A stretch of DNA of 64,000 nucleotides, taken from positions 85,064,001-85,128,000 of the forward strand of contig OX597822.1 in assembly GCA_951406725.2 (NCBI GenBank), written 5' to 3'. The notes beneath the pieces were generated by a model. It ran no database searches, was not told where the DNA came from, and saw nothing but the letters and a program-made list of their open reading frames with translations. Both the position numbers and the translations under genes were made by a program. This document shows, piece by piece, positions 13,867 through 27,844 of this stretch (position 1 is its first letter; every line of letters begins with the position of its first letter). The DNA is from Octopus vulgaris. Lineage: Eukaryota.

Positions 13867-14835
13867 ATGAGAAGATATGCAGTCATCGTTGCCATATGTG
13901 CAGAACATAGTAATTTAGGAATTAGTATTTTTTTCAATGTAACATCTTTTGTACGCAAAGTACGGATGGAACGAGAAACATTTGGAGGAAATGTTTTAAG
14001 TGTTTCGAAGTGGGGAACAAATTTCGGACAGTATAAGGTTACCGCAGTTCATCCAACAGATTTACAATATTATCGATGATGATCCAGAAAGAGTCAATGA
14101 TATCAAAAATCAATAACTTCAGGCGTCGGAGTGGACTATTAGAACTTTGGTGCGAGAAGACATTAAAATCATATTTACTGAGGAGAAGCCTTATTCGTGT
14201 TTGCAAAGACACAGAAAAATCGTTCGATTTGTGCCAGATGGTTACTTAAGTGTAAAATCCCTGAAAAACATAACATACTAGTTCTTTTGGGATGAGAAAA
14301 AAATTCAATGAATACCAAAAGTCTAACAAGTGAAATAATGACTGATGGTTATGAGGAAGATTGTTCTGAAGCCTACAGATTGTTTCACATTAAAATTCCA
14401 GTAACTGTGATGGTTTTAGGGAAGGTGAGTAAGGAAGGTCATGACATGTCATCTCACTTTTTTTTCATTAATGCTGTTGGTGGAGATGCTGTTGGTGGAG
14501 ATGCTGAAGACAGCTTTTTAAGCTCTGGATGAAAGAATTATGCCGTACGTGTTTCAACAGGATTTACCCTAACCCTAATCCCCTCCTCAGTAAAACCCAG
14601 TAACCAAAGAATGGATGTCACAACCTTCGCGATTTTTCCGATCATATAACACGAGATTTGTGTTTCTCAAATTCGACAGATATTAATCCAATGGATTACA
14701 ACGTTTGAAAGTTCACTGAAGACGAATATTGTCCAGGTGATATGCGAAATGAATAAGGACCATTTAGAGTCGGCATGTCAACGATTCCGGTCCATCATTG
14801 AAGCAGTCATTGAAACTAAAAGTGGATTCAGAATA
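13867..14835 (+). pseudogene. Decayed Tc1/mariner-superfamily transposase (DD37D/maT-like)
   Basis: N-terminus MRRYAVIVAICAEHSNLGI..SFVRKVR, then across frameshifts FFWDEKK, KIPVTVMVLGKVSKEGHDMSSHFF, FQQD, SNSTDINPMDYNV (compare WPPNSPDLNPMDY) and ACQRFRSIIEAVIETKSGF. Possible 3' TIR at about 14941-14968. Confidence 0.85.
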
Positions 14836-14967
14836 ATCTTACAAGAATGCTTCTTGAGAACATGTACGCTACTTTTGTTTTTGTATTAAACTGCATTTGG
14901 GTTTTGTTAGATTAGTGTTGGTTTATTAAATTATCAAACATGTCCTCAAATACATCCCACATACTAC

Positions 14968-15021
<54 letters not shown>

Positions 15022-15362
15022 GTACATACATACATACATATATATATATATATATGCTTATATGCACAGACATATGCTAGCATGGAGAACGGACGTTAAA
15101 CGATGATGATGATATATAAACACATATATCCATATATACACGCACACACACACACATATATATATAATATCTATACATTCATACATATATATATATGCTT
15201 ATAACCACAGACGTATATAAACACATATATCCATAAATGTGTATATATGTATATATATATGCATGTCTATATAAATATGAAATAGTGGGACAAGATACCA
15301 ATTTTTGCTGGAAAATAACACAATTGTATTGTAATAATGTTTTATAATTTTTACATTCTATG

Positions 15363-15481
<119 letters not shown>

Positions 15482-15544
15482 ATCAAATCAAATCAAAACA
15501 AATCAAAATAGATGAACATCAATGGAATTTGTATCTTTGTGGTA

Positions 15545-15980
15545 CCAGTGCCGGTGGCACAAGAAAATCATCCGAACGTGGACGTAGCCAGTACCGCATA
15601 GACTGGCCTCCGTGCTTTGGGGACGTAACAAACACCATCCGATCGTGGCCGTCCGCCAGCCTCATCTGGCACCTGTGTCGGTGGCACATAAAAACACCAT
15701 CCGAGCGTGGCCGTCTGCCAGCCTCGTCTGGCACCTGTGTCGGTGGCACATAAAAACACCATCCGAGCGTGGCCGTTCGCCAGCCTCGTCTGGCACCTGT
15801 GTCGGTGGCACATAAAATCACCCACTACACTCTCGGAGTGGTTGGCGTTAGGAAGGGCATCCAGCTGTAGAAACACTGCCAGATCTGACTGGCCTGGTGC
15901 AGCCTTCGGGCTCCCCAGACCCCAGTTGAACCGTCCAACCCATGCTAGCATGGAAAACGGACGCTAAATGATGATGATGA

Positions 15981-15983
<3 letters not shown>
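15545..15983 (+). mobile_element. SINE-like family D with an internal 62-bp tandem array and a (GAT)n tail
   Basis: About four 62-bp units (ACCTGTGTCG recurs at 15671, 15733 and 15795), then GGTTGGCGTTAGGAAGGGCATCCAGCTGTAGAAAC...CCATGCTAGCATGGAAAACGGACGCTAAATGATGATG. Other copies at 19968-20230 (minus), 39140-39248 (plus) and a tail at about 15075-15113. Confidence 0.8.
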
Positions 15984-16032
<49 letters not shown>

Positions 16033-16066
16033 TTAAGTGAATATGACGAGAAAATACGTATATAGG

Positions 16067-16141
16067 AAGAAGAAGAAGAAGAAGAAGAAGAAGAAGAAGA
16101 AGAAGAAGAAGAAGAAGAAGAAGAAGAAGAAGAAGAAGAAG
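16067..16141 (+). repeat. (GAA)n microsatellite
   Basis: Pure GAA run seen directly. Confidence 0.95.
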
Positions 16142-16569
16142 CCGCAGCAGCATCCTAGAATGTGTAGCTGATATGGTCGAATTATTGTACCCTCCGCTTG
16201 AAAGATTCCAGTCTGAGATTCTAAATTAATACTTTAATCGATAACATATCTAATCGATAACATGGAGTATAGATTAATCGATAACATGGAGTATAGATTG
16301 ATCCCAGGAATCATCAGAAATCTTGATTGTTAGAGGAATATTATCAAATAATACATCAACCAAAGAAGTCTCTCTGTGATTCTTCGATCAGATAAAAGAT
16401 TATAGTGCCGCGAGAAGGATTAATGCAGTTGTTGGGTCAGTGGTTGAGGAGTTACTCATTTCTACTGGACAATTGAGTGTTGATATTTGCGAAACGAAGT
16501 TGTTTTTTTTTTTTAATAAGATGCTCATTTCACCTAGGGACTGACGCAAGTCGAATAAGGCAAAAAAAA

Positions 16570-16594
16570 ATTTACACACACATACACAGACACA

Positions 16595-16625
<31 letters not shown>

Positions 16626-16640
16626 TATATATAAAAATTT

Positions 16641-16723
<83 letters not shown>

Positions 16724-16998
16724 CATATACATATATACATATACATATATACATATACATATATACATATATACATATATACATATATATATAAATATAC
16801 ACATATATATAAATATACACATATATACATACACATATATACATTCACATATATACATATATACATATATACATATATATATAAATATACACATATATAT
16901 ATATATACATACACATATATATATATATAAATATACACATATATATATATATACATATACACATATATATATATATACATATATACATACACACACAC

Positions 16999-17031
<33 letters not shown>

Positions 17032-17106
17032 CATACACATATATGCATACACACACATATACGAAGGATATATATATATACATATATATATAAACATATT
17101 TATATA

Positions 17107-17140
<34 letters not shown>

Positions 17141-17166
17141 CATATATATATATACATATATATATA

Positions 17167-17248
<82 letters not shown>

Positions 17249-17250
17249 TA
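16570..17250. repeat. Compound (AT)n/(AC)n/(CT)n microsatellite field, representative of many such fields (e.g. 9690-10200, 19380-19970, 22110-22530, 27480-28140, 29080-29760, 45780-46460, 53015-53400)
   Basis: Seen directly. These fields account for the YI/HT/CV-rich spurious ORFs. Confidence 0.95.
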
Positions 17251-17869
17251 TGTGCATGCATAAGTATGTGTACACAACCATGTACCTAACCACACAAATA
17301 GTATCTTAGAATGAAACTTTATATATTATATATTTATAGACGAGTTATGTGTGTGTGTGTATTCTTTGAATGAATATATTAACACCCTTAATTCGGATAT
17401 CAAATGTACACGTCTAATCTTTGGGGACGACTTTATTTGGGGTTTCTGAGGGATGTTTCAACATGAAATCCTGGGGGCACGTCTCACTTCCTTAGTTATA
17501 TTACTAAGATGAGCCAATGTATATATCTCTAAGTGTGCCGTTGAAATGCAAGAAATAGCAGCCAAAATCGGCCTTAATTATCAAGCGACTGATTCTACAA
17601 CAGAGACAGGTATAAGTAGTAACACAGACCTAAATACAAATATTACGGGTGGTTAAGCTGAACTGCCATGTTTCTTAAATTTGTGCAGAGCGAACCTGCA
17701 GATGAACAACGACCAATGTGAAGGACGCTATCCGAAATGTAGACTCAAAAACTTGACATAATTGAAAAGTTTCAGATACTCTTCTGAATGGCTACAATTA
17801 AGTATACACGACTGTATGAACAATTTATATTTATGTTCGTTTCATACATATGTTTGTATATGCCTTTCT

Positions 17870-18067
17870 CTCTTACTCTTTTACTTGTTTCAGTTATGTG
17901 ACTGTGGCCATGCTGGAGCACTGCCTATAGTCGAACCGCTAAGTTACGGGGACGTAAACACAACAGCATCGGTTGTCAAGTGATGTTGGGAGAACAAACA
18001 CAGATACACAAACATATACACACATATACATACACACACACACACATATACATACACACACACACAT

Positions 18068-18126
<59 letters not shown>

Positions 18127-18299
18127 CATATACATATATACGACGGGCGTCTTTCAGCTTCCGTCTACCAAATCCACTGACGAGGCTTTGGTCGGTCCGA
18201 GGTTATAGTAGAAGACACTTGCCCAAGGTACCACGCAGTGGGAATGAACCCGGGACCATGTGGTTCGCAAGCAAGCTACTTACCTCACAGCCACTCTTA

Positions 18300-18300
<1 letters not shown>
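17870..18300 (-). mobile_element. SINE family A copy (internally deleted)
   Basis: Reverse complement of the 21413-21815 element: TTGTTTCAGTTATGTGACTGTGGCCATGCTGGAGCAC...CCGTCTACCAAATCCAC...CTTGCCCAAGGTACCACGCAGTGG...CACAGCCACTC. Confidence 0.85.
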
Positions 18301-18340
<40 letters not shown>

Positions 18341-18347
<7 letters not shown>

Positions 18348-18510
18348 TTATCGCCATACTAATATGGCATTCTTATTGTTCAAAGGTTATATGGATACAG
18401 TTTGTGTATCAAATAGCTAACTTAAGGCGATGGCCTCATGGAGCTAATAAGCGGTCAGCTTTATTCTTATTTTTATAAGAATGCCATATTAGTATGGCGA
18501 TAACTAATAT
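18341..18510. mobile_element. 170-bp MITE-like element with perfect 36-bp terminal inverted repeats
   Basis: ATATTAGTTATCGCCATACTAATATGGCATTCTTAT (18341-18376) is the exact reverse complement of 18475-18510. Confidence 0.85.
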
Positions 18511-18999
18511 TTTCCGGGAACGCTGCCGTTGTTCTCTTTTAGAGAGACTTAGTAATTTTAATATTTCTATTATATATATATATATATATATATATATTGG
18601 CCTGCTCGCTTAGCCAGCGGGGTGGCGTCATTCAAAGGCTAAAACAATGCGAACGCATTGTGACCAGCGATGTGTAAGAACATCTGATGGTCTGGTCGGT
18701 CACGTGATCACGTGATATATATATATATATATGCTATATGTGTGAGTGTATGTGTATATGGACTGAAACCAAATAATATGTATATATATATATATACACA
18801 CATTCATATATTTGTGGGTGCGTGCGTATTTACATTGTGAATGTGTGTAGGACATGATACTTTATTGAGTTTCATCATTTAATATGACTTGCAAAATATT
18901 AGTCTGTCAGTTATTCTTGTAAAAAGTCGGGATGAATTACATGATATATATGCATATATATACATTTGTATATATTAACATGAAAATTTATGCATTTAT

Positions 19000-19090
<91 letters not shown>

Positions 19091-19967
19091 ACAGCTACAC
19101 ACATATATTATACACATACATTCAAACTTCAACTAGTTATTCTGCCAGCATGAGAGAGAGAGATAGGAATGTTTCATTGAGAAAGCTCAATAAGAAAATG
19201 AAAAATTATTAAATTAATCCGAATTGTGGGACTAAATAAAAGGGATGGGATAATTTCGAGATATATATTAAGACATAGGTGTACGTGTGTGGTAAGATTA
19301 TAATGTAGAGATGTGTGAGGCGACATGTATGAGTGCAAGCACACAAACGACTTTATATTTCAAACAACAGGCACATAATTTCATTTATATATATATATAT
19401 ATATAAATATATATATGCATATATATTATATTATATATTCTATTACATTAATAAATACATATCATATCATAATTAGTAAAACATAAAACAAAAAGTGATC
19501 TGTATGTATATGTATATATACATATTATATACATATACATCTAAACACACATATATATATGTAGACGTAAATATATGTATATATATATATACATACATAT
19601 GTATGTATATATACATACATAGACGTTTATCACTATATATATGTATATACATATATATATCATGTATATATATGTATCATGTATATATTATATATATCAT
19701 AAATATATAATGTATGTGTGTGTGTATATATATATATAATATATATCATTATATATTATAAATATATGCACGTATATATATATGATATATATATATGTAT
19801 CATGTATATATATATATATATTTGTACATATGTATATATCATATATACTATAATATTTATGATATATATATATTATATACATATGATATATATATATATA
19901 TTGTACATATATATATATATATTATACATATATATATATATTATACATATATCATATATATATTATA

Positions 19968-20230
19968 TCATCATCATCATCTTGATCGTTTAACGCCCGC
20001 TTTCCATGCTGGCATGGGTTGGACGATTTGACTGTGGACTGACTGGCGAACCAGATGGCTGCACCAGGCTCCAATCTCATCTGACAGATTTTCTACAGCT
20101 GGATGCCCTTCCTAGCGCCAACCATGGCGAGAGTGCAGTGGATACTTTTACTTGCTACCGGCACGAGGGCCAGTCAGGCGGTACTGGCAACGGCCACGCT
20201 CAAATGGTCTTTTTTTACGTGGCACCTGCA
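19968..20230 (-). mobile_element. SINE-like family D copy
   Basis: Plus strand shows (CAT)n, CGCTTTCCATGCTGGCATGGGTTGGACG and TTCTACAGCTGGATGCCCTTCCTAGCGCCAACC, the reverse complement of the 15830-15983 tail. Confidence 0.8.
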
Positions 20231-20291
20231 CATATATATCATATATTTATATATATATATCATATATATCATGTATATATTACATATATAT

Positions 20292-20323
<32 letters not shown>

Positions 20324-20489
20324 CACACACATATGTGTGTATATATATGTTTACATAAGTATATTTATATACATATATGTATGTATATGTATATATTCAT
20401 ATATATATTATATATATGTTTAATGTATGTATATATATCATATATATATTATATATATGCATAATGTCTAAATATATATATCATATTAT

Positions 20490-20850
20490 TTTATTTATTT
20501 ATTTTTTATTTTTATCTAGTTTCAGCTCACAAGCTGTGGCCATGCTGGGGCACCGCCATTTGGTGTTGCTACATGTTTTTACTTCACGAATGCTTTTTAG
20601 CAATTGCCATTTGGTGCATGAGAGAGTTCGATGCAGCTGCCCTCATCTGCCCCTCCTGCCGTGAAGTTGGTTCATCTGGGACACCTGACAAGAAGAGATC
20701 CAGTTTTATTTTAAAGACATCTGCATCCACCCCATGCAGGTCTCTTAGGTTATTCGGGAGGATATTGAAGAGCTGTGTTCCTCGGAAGCCAAGGCTATCA
20801 CAGTATCTTGTCCTATATCTTGATGGCAAATTTGGAGTCCTTGGCACTAT
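20490..20850 (-). mobile_element. 5'-truncated CR1-group LINE: ORF2 C-terminus plus 3' UTR
   Basis: Intact frame RTRYCDSLGFRGTQLFNILPNNLRDLHGVDADVFKIKLDLFLSGVPDEP...RAAASNSL ('FN.LP...FK..LD.FL' CR1/L2-group C-terminus), then the tail GGCGGTGCCCCAGCATGGCCACAG...CTGAAACTAG and an A-rich end. Confidence 0.85.
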
Positions 20851-20899
20851 ATATGTATAATGTATAAATATATATATTATATATATGTATAATGTATAT

Positions 20900-20970
<71 letters not shown>

Positions 20971-21412
20971 CATATATATATTATATATATATCATATATG
21001 TATATCATATATATATATTTATAGTATATCTATATAATATATAAATATATGTCCTATATATCACACACACACACACACAGACACACACACATATATATGC
21101 ATTGGCAGACAGGAAGCTAAAGGTGAATTACTGAGGTAAGGTCATACGCCATAATCTGAAATATACACTTAACAATAGAAATGTACAGCTGCTTAAATTT
21201 TTGGTTAGGGTGAGCATTTTCCCTGGCTAAGGAGCAGCGGACCACTTACATATATTATACACACTCACACACACACACACACACATATATACAACTAAAA
21301 ATATTTAAATACACACATATATAACACCAGTCCTCGATGATGTTAAACAGTGGGTTTCAACACGAGCCATAATGCACCTCCCCCCTACACATGCATGTAT
21401 ATATATATAATA

Positions 21413-21815
21413 GGAGTGGCTGTGTGGTAAGTAGCTTGCTAACCAACCGCATGGTTCCGGGTTCAGTTCCACTGCCTGGCATCTTGGGCAAGTGTCTTCT
21501 GCTATAGTCCCGGGCCGACCAATTCCTTGTGGGTGTATTTGGTAGACGGAAACTGAAAGAAGCTTGTCGTATATATGTATATATATATATATGTATGTGT
21601 GTGTGTTTGTGTTTGTTCCCCTAGCATTGCTTGACAACCGATGCTGGTGTGTTTACGTCCCCGTCACTTAGCGGTTCGGCAAAAAGAGACCGATAGAATA
21701 AGTACTGGGCTTACAAAAAGAATAAGTCCCGGGGTCGAGTTGCTCGACTAAAGGCGGTGCTCCAGCATGGCTGCAGTCAAATGACTGAAACAAGTAAAAG
21801 AGTAAAAGAGAAAGA
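21413..21815 (+). mobile_element. SINE family A, full-length (tRNA-like head, CORE-like CTTGGGCAAGT segment, LINE-like tail)
   Basis: GGAGTGGCTGTGTGGTAAG (A box), GGTTCAGTTCC (B-box-like), CTTGGGCAAGTGTCTTC, an internal (TA/TG)n, and the tail GGCGGTGCTCCAGCATGGCTGCAGTCAAATGACTGAAACAAGTAAAAGAG. More than 10 full or partial copies in the window. Confidence 0.9.
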
Positions 21816-22112
21816 GTATATATCCATGCAGATATACACACATAATTTTTCTATGTTACTGATAGGAATGCTTAATGAGTACAGAAGGAGAGTGTACAAA
21901 TATCGAGGTGTACCGATATTACCTTCTCATATTAATTAGAATTGTAAGCAATAATATGCATGAGCGAACGAATGTGTTTGGTATATGCATGTATGCACAT
22001 AGACTTATTTGTGTATAGGCATAAAATTATACATACATGGAAACGTAAATGTCTATATTTGTGTATACATCTCTATAGCAAGACCGATATAAGATATACC
22101 ATTACTTACCAA

Positions 22113-22165
<53 letters not shown>

Positions 22166-22318
22166 AGGTAAATATAAATACATATGCTTATGTACCTAAA
22201 TATGCATAAAAATATATACCTAAGGGAATATATATATATATATATATATATATAGATAGATAGATATACCAGTATATACACAAATATACACGTACATCTA
22301 TACACATGTGTGTGTTTT

Positions 22319-22357
<39 letters not shown>

Positions 22358-22414
22358 GTTTTATATACATATGTGTGTATGTATTTTTATATATACATAC
22401 ATACATACCTACTT

Positions 22415-22514
<100 letters not shown>

Positions 22515-23532
22515 TATACTTATATATATATCTGAAGCAAAGTATACAGTATTATAGATCTATTGCAACTGATCTTACCAATAGGTTTCGCACTGGATAT
22601 TGGATACCTGGACGGGTGTCTAAAGCATGTTTCTTCAAAGGTGGCTGGCATGGAAAAAATAAATCGTATGGATTCTTAGACAATTTTAGATTAATCTGAA
22701 GGGTTAGACCGTGGTATGGTAGGGTACAAATTTATTATTCGGTAACAAGAATAGTATTGACAGAGACTTCGAAGTTGTGGCCAGCTAAGCATTATACGTA
22801 CATGTGTGTTTGTGTGTGTGTACCATTATTTCAACTTGCTCTTTTACATGCAAGGTCTGGACGAAGTTTAGTGAAGCAAATTTCTAATGGCCCGATCCCA
22901 TATTTTGTCACCAAGACACTTGTCCAGAAGCGAGATAGAATTTCAATATGAACAAAATTGCTTTCGTAGAACATTGGCCATGAATACCACGGCATGTATG
23001 ATAGCGACAAGCATTTCAAAATATCACCTGGTACGTGGAAAAGAGGACACAATTACACAAAACACGCACGATGGTGTTTTGTCAGTGTCCGTCGACCAAA
23101 TCTACACACAAAAGTTCAGTTGATCAGTGCCTAGAAAAGACAATTTTACGATTTTACGAGTTGCTACGCACTGGAACTCTACCTGAGAAGATGTGCTTAA
23201 GCACAAACCTTTTAACCACACAACCTCGCTTGAGCACACACACATATTTATATACACGCACACACATATATTTATATGTACATACGCATATGTACTTTAT
23301 ATACATATGCAAACATGTACAAACTTATATATGTAATTATAAACATATATATACGTGTGTGTGCGCTTGTGTATATAAATATATATATATATATATAACT
23401 ATCGTAAATATGATGGTAATAGATTAAAATATTTTATTACTAGTTGTTAGCATGCATATTTATTACCAGTGATTAACGTGCATATTTATATACATATTTT
23501 ATACATATATATATAGATATACCTATATCCAT

Positions 23533-23568
<36 letters not shown>

Positions 23569-24345
23569 ATATACCTGTACGCATGCATACGCGAGTATAT
23601 AGGGCTTTTAAATGACTTTCCTTACTTTGAGATTTTAGAGTTCATATTTGATTAAATTATGCAAATATTGTATAGCAGGTGTTCTACTCTTTCTGTATAA
23701 GACGAAGTTGCATGCCGACGGTAGATAAAGTAGTACAAGTGACTTATTGATATCACGTATCGAGGAAGAAACGTGTGCCCATCACTGCCCAGTTATCTCC
23801 AGGCAAAAACAAAACACGCATTTGGACAATTCTAGATTCTTTGTATTATCGCCCCGTCTCATAAAAAGTTGGTCTCAGTTGCCATTTGTTAATTATAATA
23901 CATCATCAAGAAATCAAATAAAACAGTCTCAACTAGGGTCCATATGATGCCTGGTGTCCACTAAGGTTCTTGCGGGTCCATGCAGGCAAAGGAGCACATT
24001 GAGGATCCACAGTAGTGTATATTAAGGGTCCGTGAAAAAACATATTGCTTTCAATATATTTCAAGAAACAGCTTGGTTTCTTTGTTTTACATAGTTCAAT
24101 ATGCTTCTTGGCACTGAAAGATGTTCTCTCAGAAAATGCTTGTAGAAACCCACACAAGGAAATGAGTGACAAACAAAATAGGAATTTTTGAAAGATATAT
24201 CTATAAAGCCAGCTTTTAGACACCGAATGAAGGTCTACCAGAATAAAATCGAAATCGAGAGGGGCTATAGATAAAAAACAAAAATATGATTGAGAACCAC
24301 TGTTCATCAAAGTATTTTATTGTATGGTATCTGATATATCTGTAT

Positions 24346-24378
<33 letters not shown>

Positions 24379-24384
24379 CATATA

Positions 24385-24542
24385 CAACGGGCTTCTTTCA
24401 GTTTCCGTCTACCAAATCTACTCACAAGGCCCTAGTCGGCCCGAGGCTATAGTAGAAGACAATTGCCCAAGGTGCCACACAGTGGGACTGAACCCAGAAC
24501 CATGTGGCTGGTAAACAAGCTACTTATCACACAGCCACTCCT

Positions 24543-24546
<4 letters not shown>
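24385..24546 (-). mobile_element. SINE family A, 5' half
   Basis: CGGGCTTCTTTCAGTTTCCGTCTACCAAATC...GCCCAAGGTGCCAC...CACACAGCCACTCCTGCGC. Confidence 0.85.
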
Positions 24547-24600
<54 letters not shown>

Positions 24601-24809
24601 TAGTTTAAAGACAACAGAGAATATACATAGAATAATCATTTTTGATCATAGTGCAGTCAATTAACAAGTTCTTACACTTTTTCGCCTACATTACGTTTCG
24701 GCCAATTGTTATTGTCCATATTTGCACCTTCAAAGTGTTATAAATTGTTATAAAACGATGGTCACTTCTGGGCACATTGGCTGCCATTTTTTCGCTTTTC
24801 TCGAATGGA

Positions 24810-24844
<35 letters not shown>

Positions 24845-24869
24845 GAGAGACCAAAGTGTACGTACGCCG

Positions 24870-24908
<39 letters not shown>

Positions 24909-24910
<2 letters not shown>

Positions 24911-24972
24911 CAAAATGGGACAAGAACGCAAAATAGCCAGACAACTGGATGTTTTACGGTCTTGTCCCATTT

Positions 24973-24976
<4 letters not shown>
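24909..24976. repeat. 68-bp hairpin / mini-MITE inside (TA)n
   Basis: TACAAAATGGGACAAGA ... TCTTGTCCCATTTTGTA, 17-bp perfect arms with further imperfect pairing inside. Confidence 0.75.
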
Positions 24977-25010
<34 letters not shown>

Positions 25011-25639
25011 CTCACACATATGTACATATATATATATATATATACATATATATAAAGATATATATGCATGTATAAATATATAAATGTATATAACTACATA
25101 TGTATATGTGTGTGTGTATAATTTTATGTTGCATGTACATATATATGTATGTAAATAGTTTTATAAATAGATGTGTGTGTGTGGTGAGGTGATCAATGAA
25201 AGATGGAACATGGAAGATAGGAGAATCTTTATTGATCACTACGATTATTTCAACCTATCTAGCATCGATCCCACGCGGATGGGATTCTATAGAACTAGCT
25301 TAGGTGTATCTCTCGGTGTAGATGTGTTTCCTCATTAATCGCAAACCCAACGATTACTGTGCCAATGGACGTGCTTTACCGGCTAACTTCCAAGTCAATG
25401 GTACACGATTTATTAATTAGTGTGTGTGTGTGTATGTAATAATACATATATATACATATACCATGAAAGTTAACGGCATTGCATACATGTTATACAGATG
25501 ATAATTATTGTTACATGTGTTATATATATATATATATAATATTAATTAGAGACAAAACCACTATTATATTTTACTATAAAATTGGATTCAATCCTAAATC
25601 TGATTTTTCCCTGTAAATTTGGATTTATTCCCTAATATT

Positions 25640-25718
<79 letters not shown>

Positions 25719-25759
25719 TGTATTCATATACCTAAGTTATACTATTGTATATGTATATA

Positions 25760-25818
25760 ATATGTGACAATTAGTTGGTTGTCATGATAAATATAACAAC
25801 CAACTAATTGTCACATAT
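25760..25818. repeat. Perfect 23-bp inverted repeat with a 13-nt spacer
   Basis: ATATGTGACAATTAGTTGGTTGT / ACAACCAACTAATTGTCACATAT. Confidence 0.8.
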
Positions 25819-25915
25819 ATTTATAGATAAATTCTTCTATTTTACATAATATCGAGGTCTCATTCATTCTTTTGTTGTCATATTATTATTATCAATATAT
25901 ATATATATATATATA

Positions 25916-26145
25916 TTTGTCAAACCTTTATATATGTATATACAAAGTTATATATATATATATATTTGTCAAGCCTTTATATATGTATATACAAAGTTAT
26001 ATATATATATATATATTTGTCAAGCCTTTATATATGTATATACAAAGTTATATATATATATATATATTTGTCAAGCCTTTATATATGTATATACAAAGTT
26101 ATATATATATATATATTTGTCAAGCCTTTATATATGTATATACAG

Positions 26146-26150
<5 letters not shown>
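25916..26150 (+). repeat. Minisatellite, ~50-bp unit x5
   Basis: Unit TTTGTCAAGCCTTTATATATGTATATACAAAGT(TA)n starts at about 25916, 25965, 26016, 26067 and 26116. Confidence 0.9.
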
Positions 26151-26180
<30 letters not shown>

Positions 26181-26308
26181 ACACACACACATATAATATA
26201 TATATGCATATATACATACGCATATGTAAATACTTTTATTTATATCTATATCTATCTATATATCTATCTATATATCTATATATATCTATATATCTATATC
26301 TATCTATA

Positions 26309-26495
<187 letters not shown>

Positions 26496-26956
26496 GTGGG
26501 CATAGGGCGTCACGAAACGTGTACAACAAAAACATACGAATTACGAGTACATATATATACATGCATTGCACACTCTCACAGACCCAAAAATGCTCATGAA
26601 TTCGCGCCGCGAAAACTTGGTTCTTTTAATCCGGAACTACTAATCTGTCACCACTAGTATCATATTAAATAAAGAGATCTGTTCGTTAATTCCTTTCATA
26701 TATTTTCAACATAAAAAACAATTGAATATGATTACGCAAAAAATGTATTTAGTGTGTGTTTCTCTAATGTATCACCAAATTTTAACGATGGAATATAATT
26801 AGGGGAGTAATATTTGAAACTTTCCGCCTAATAGAGCGTGAAATAGAAAATGGATCATCCGAAAAGTGAATATGGAAAAGAAATGCATTTTATATGCATA
26901 TTTAGCACTACACACACACACATTTACATACGCATATTCGCCCTCATGTATATGTA

Positions 26957-26996
<40 letters not shown>

Positions 26997-27106
26997 TATA
27001 TTTAGATACAAACACACACATATACCTTTATATATGGTACTATATTATTTATGAAAAGTTTGATTAAGACTTCGAAAGATTCCCTCCAATTGTATATATA
27101 TGCTAG

Positions 27107-27137
<31 letters not shown>

Positions 27138-27499
27138 AGAATGAAAAGGAATTTTGGCAATATACAAGAAAAAGGATTTGCGAAGAACAAAGGCATAATT
27201 CAATATAAACGAAACTCACACACGCATAAATACATTTAGGGAAAAATTAATGTTTACATTAAATATATGAATATAGCTAGAGGTGTACACAGATATATTT
27301 ACGAATCATTTATATGTATGTGTGTATGAATATACAGGGTAGGCCAAGAGTCAAAAGGTACAAAACGCAGTTTGAGCAACGCCTGATCTCACCTGATTGT
27401 GTCCACAAAAGCAGTCACACTTCGTGAAATTTTGCTTGGCTCCACTCTCTCTCTCTCTCTCTCTCTCTTTCATATACGTACATGCATGCATACATATAC

Positions 27500-27555
<56 letters not shown>

Positions 27556-27588
27556 GTCTGTGTATGTATATATATATATATATGTGTA

Positions 27589-27622
<34 letters not shown>

Positions 27623-27795
27623 TATATATGTATATATATGTATATATATATATGTATATATGTGTATATATGTATATATATATATATATGTGTATATATG
27701 TATATATATATATGTGTGTGTGTATAAATATATATATATATATGTGTATATATATGTGTGTGTATATATTTATATATATATATATATAGGTGCGC

Positions 27796-27843
<48 letters not shown>

Positions 27844-27844
27844 T

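Noticed and set aside
15630-15820. 62-bp units as a CRISPR array or HDV-like ribozymes (CCAGCCTCGTCTGGCACC resembles the HDV P3/L3 region)
   Set aside because: There are no unique spacers and the context is eukaryotic. I could not build the P1/P2 pseudoknot pairing required for an HDV fold.
25916-26150. CRISPR-like repeat-spacer pattern
   Set aside because: The 'spacers' are only (TA)n of variable length, and there are no cas genes.
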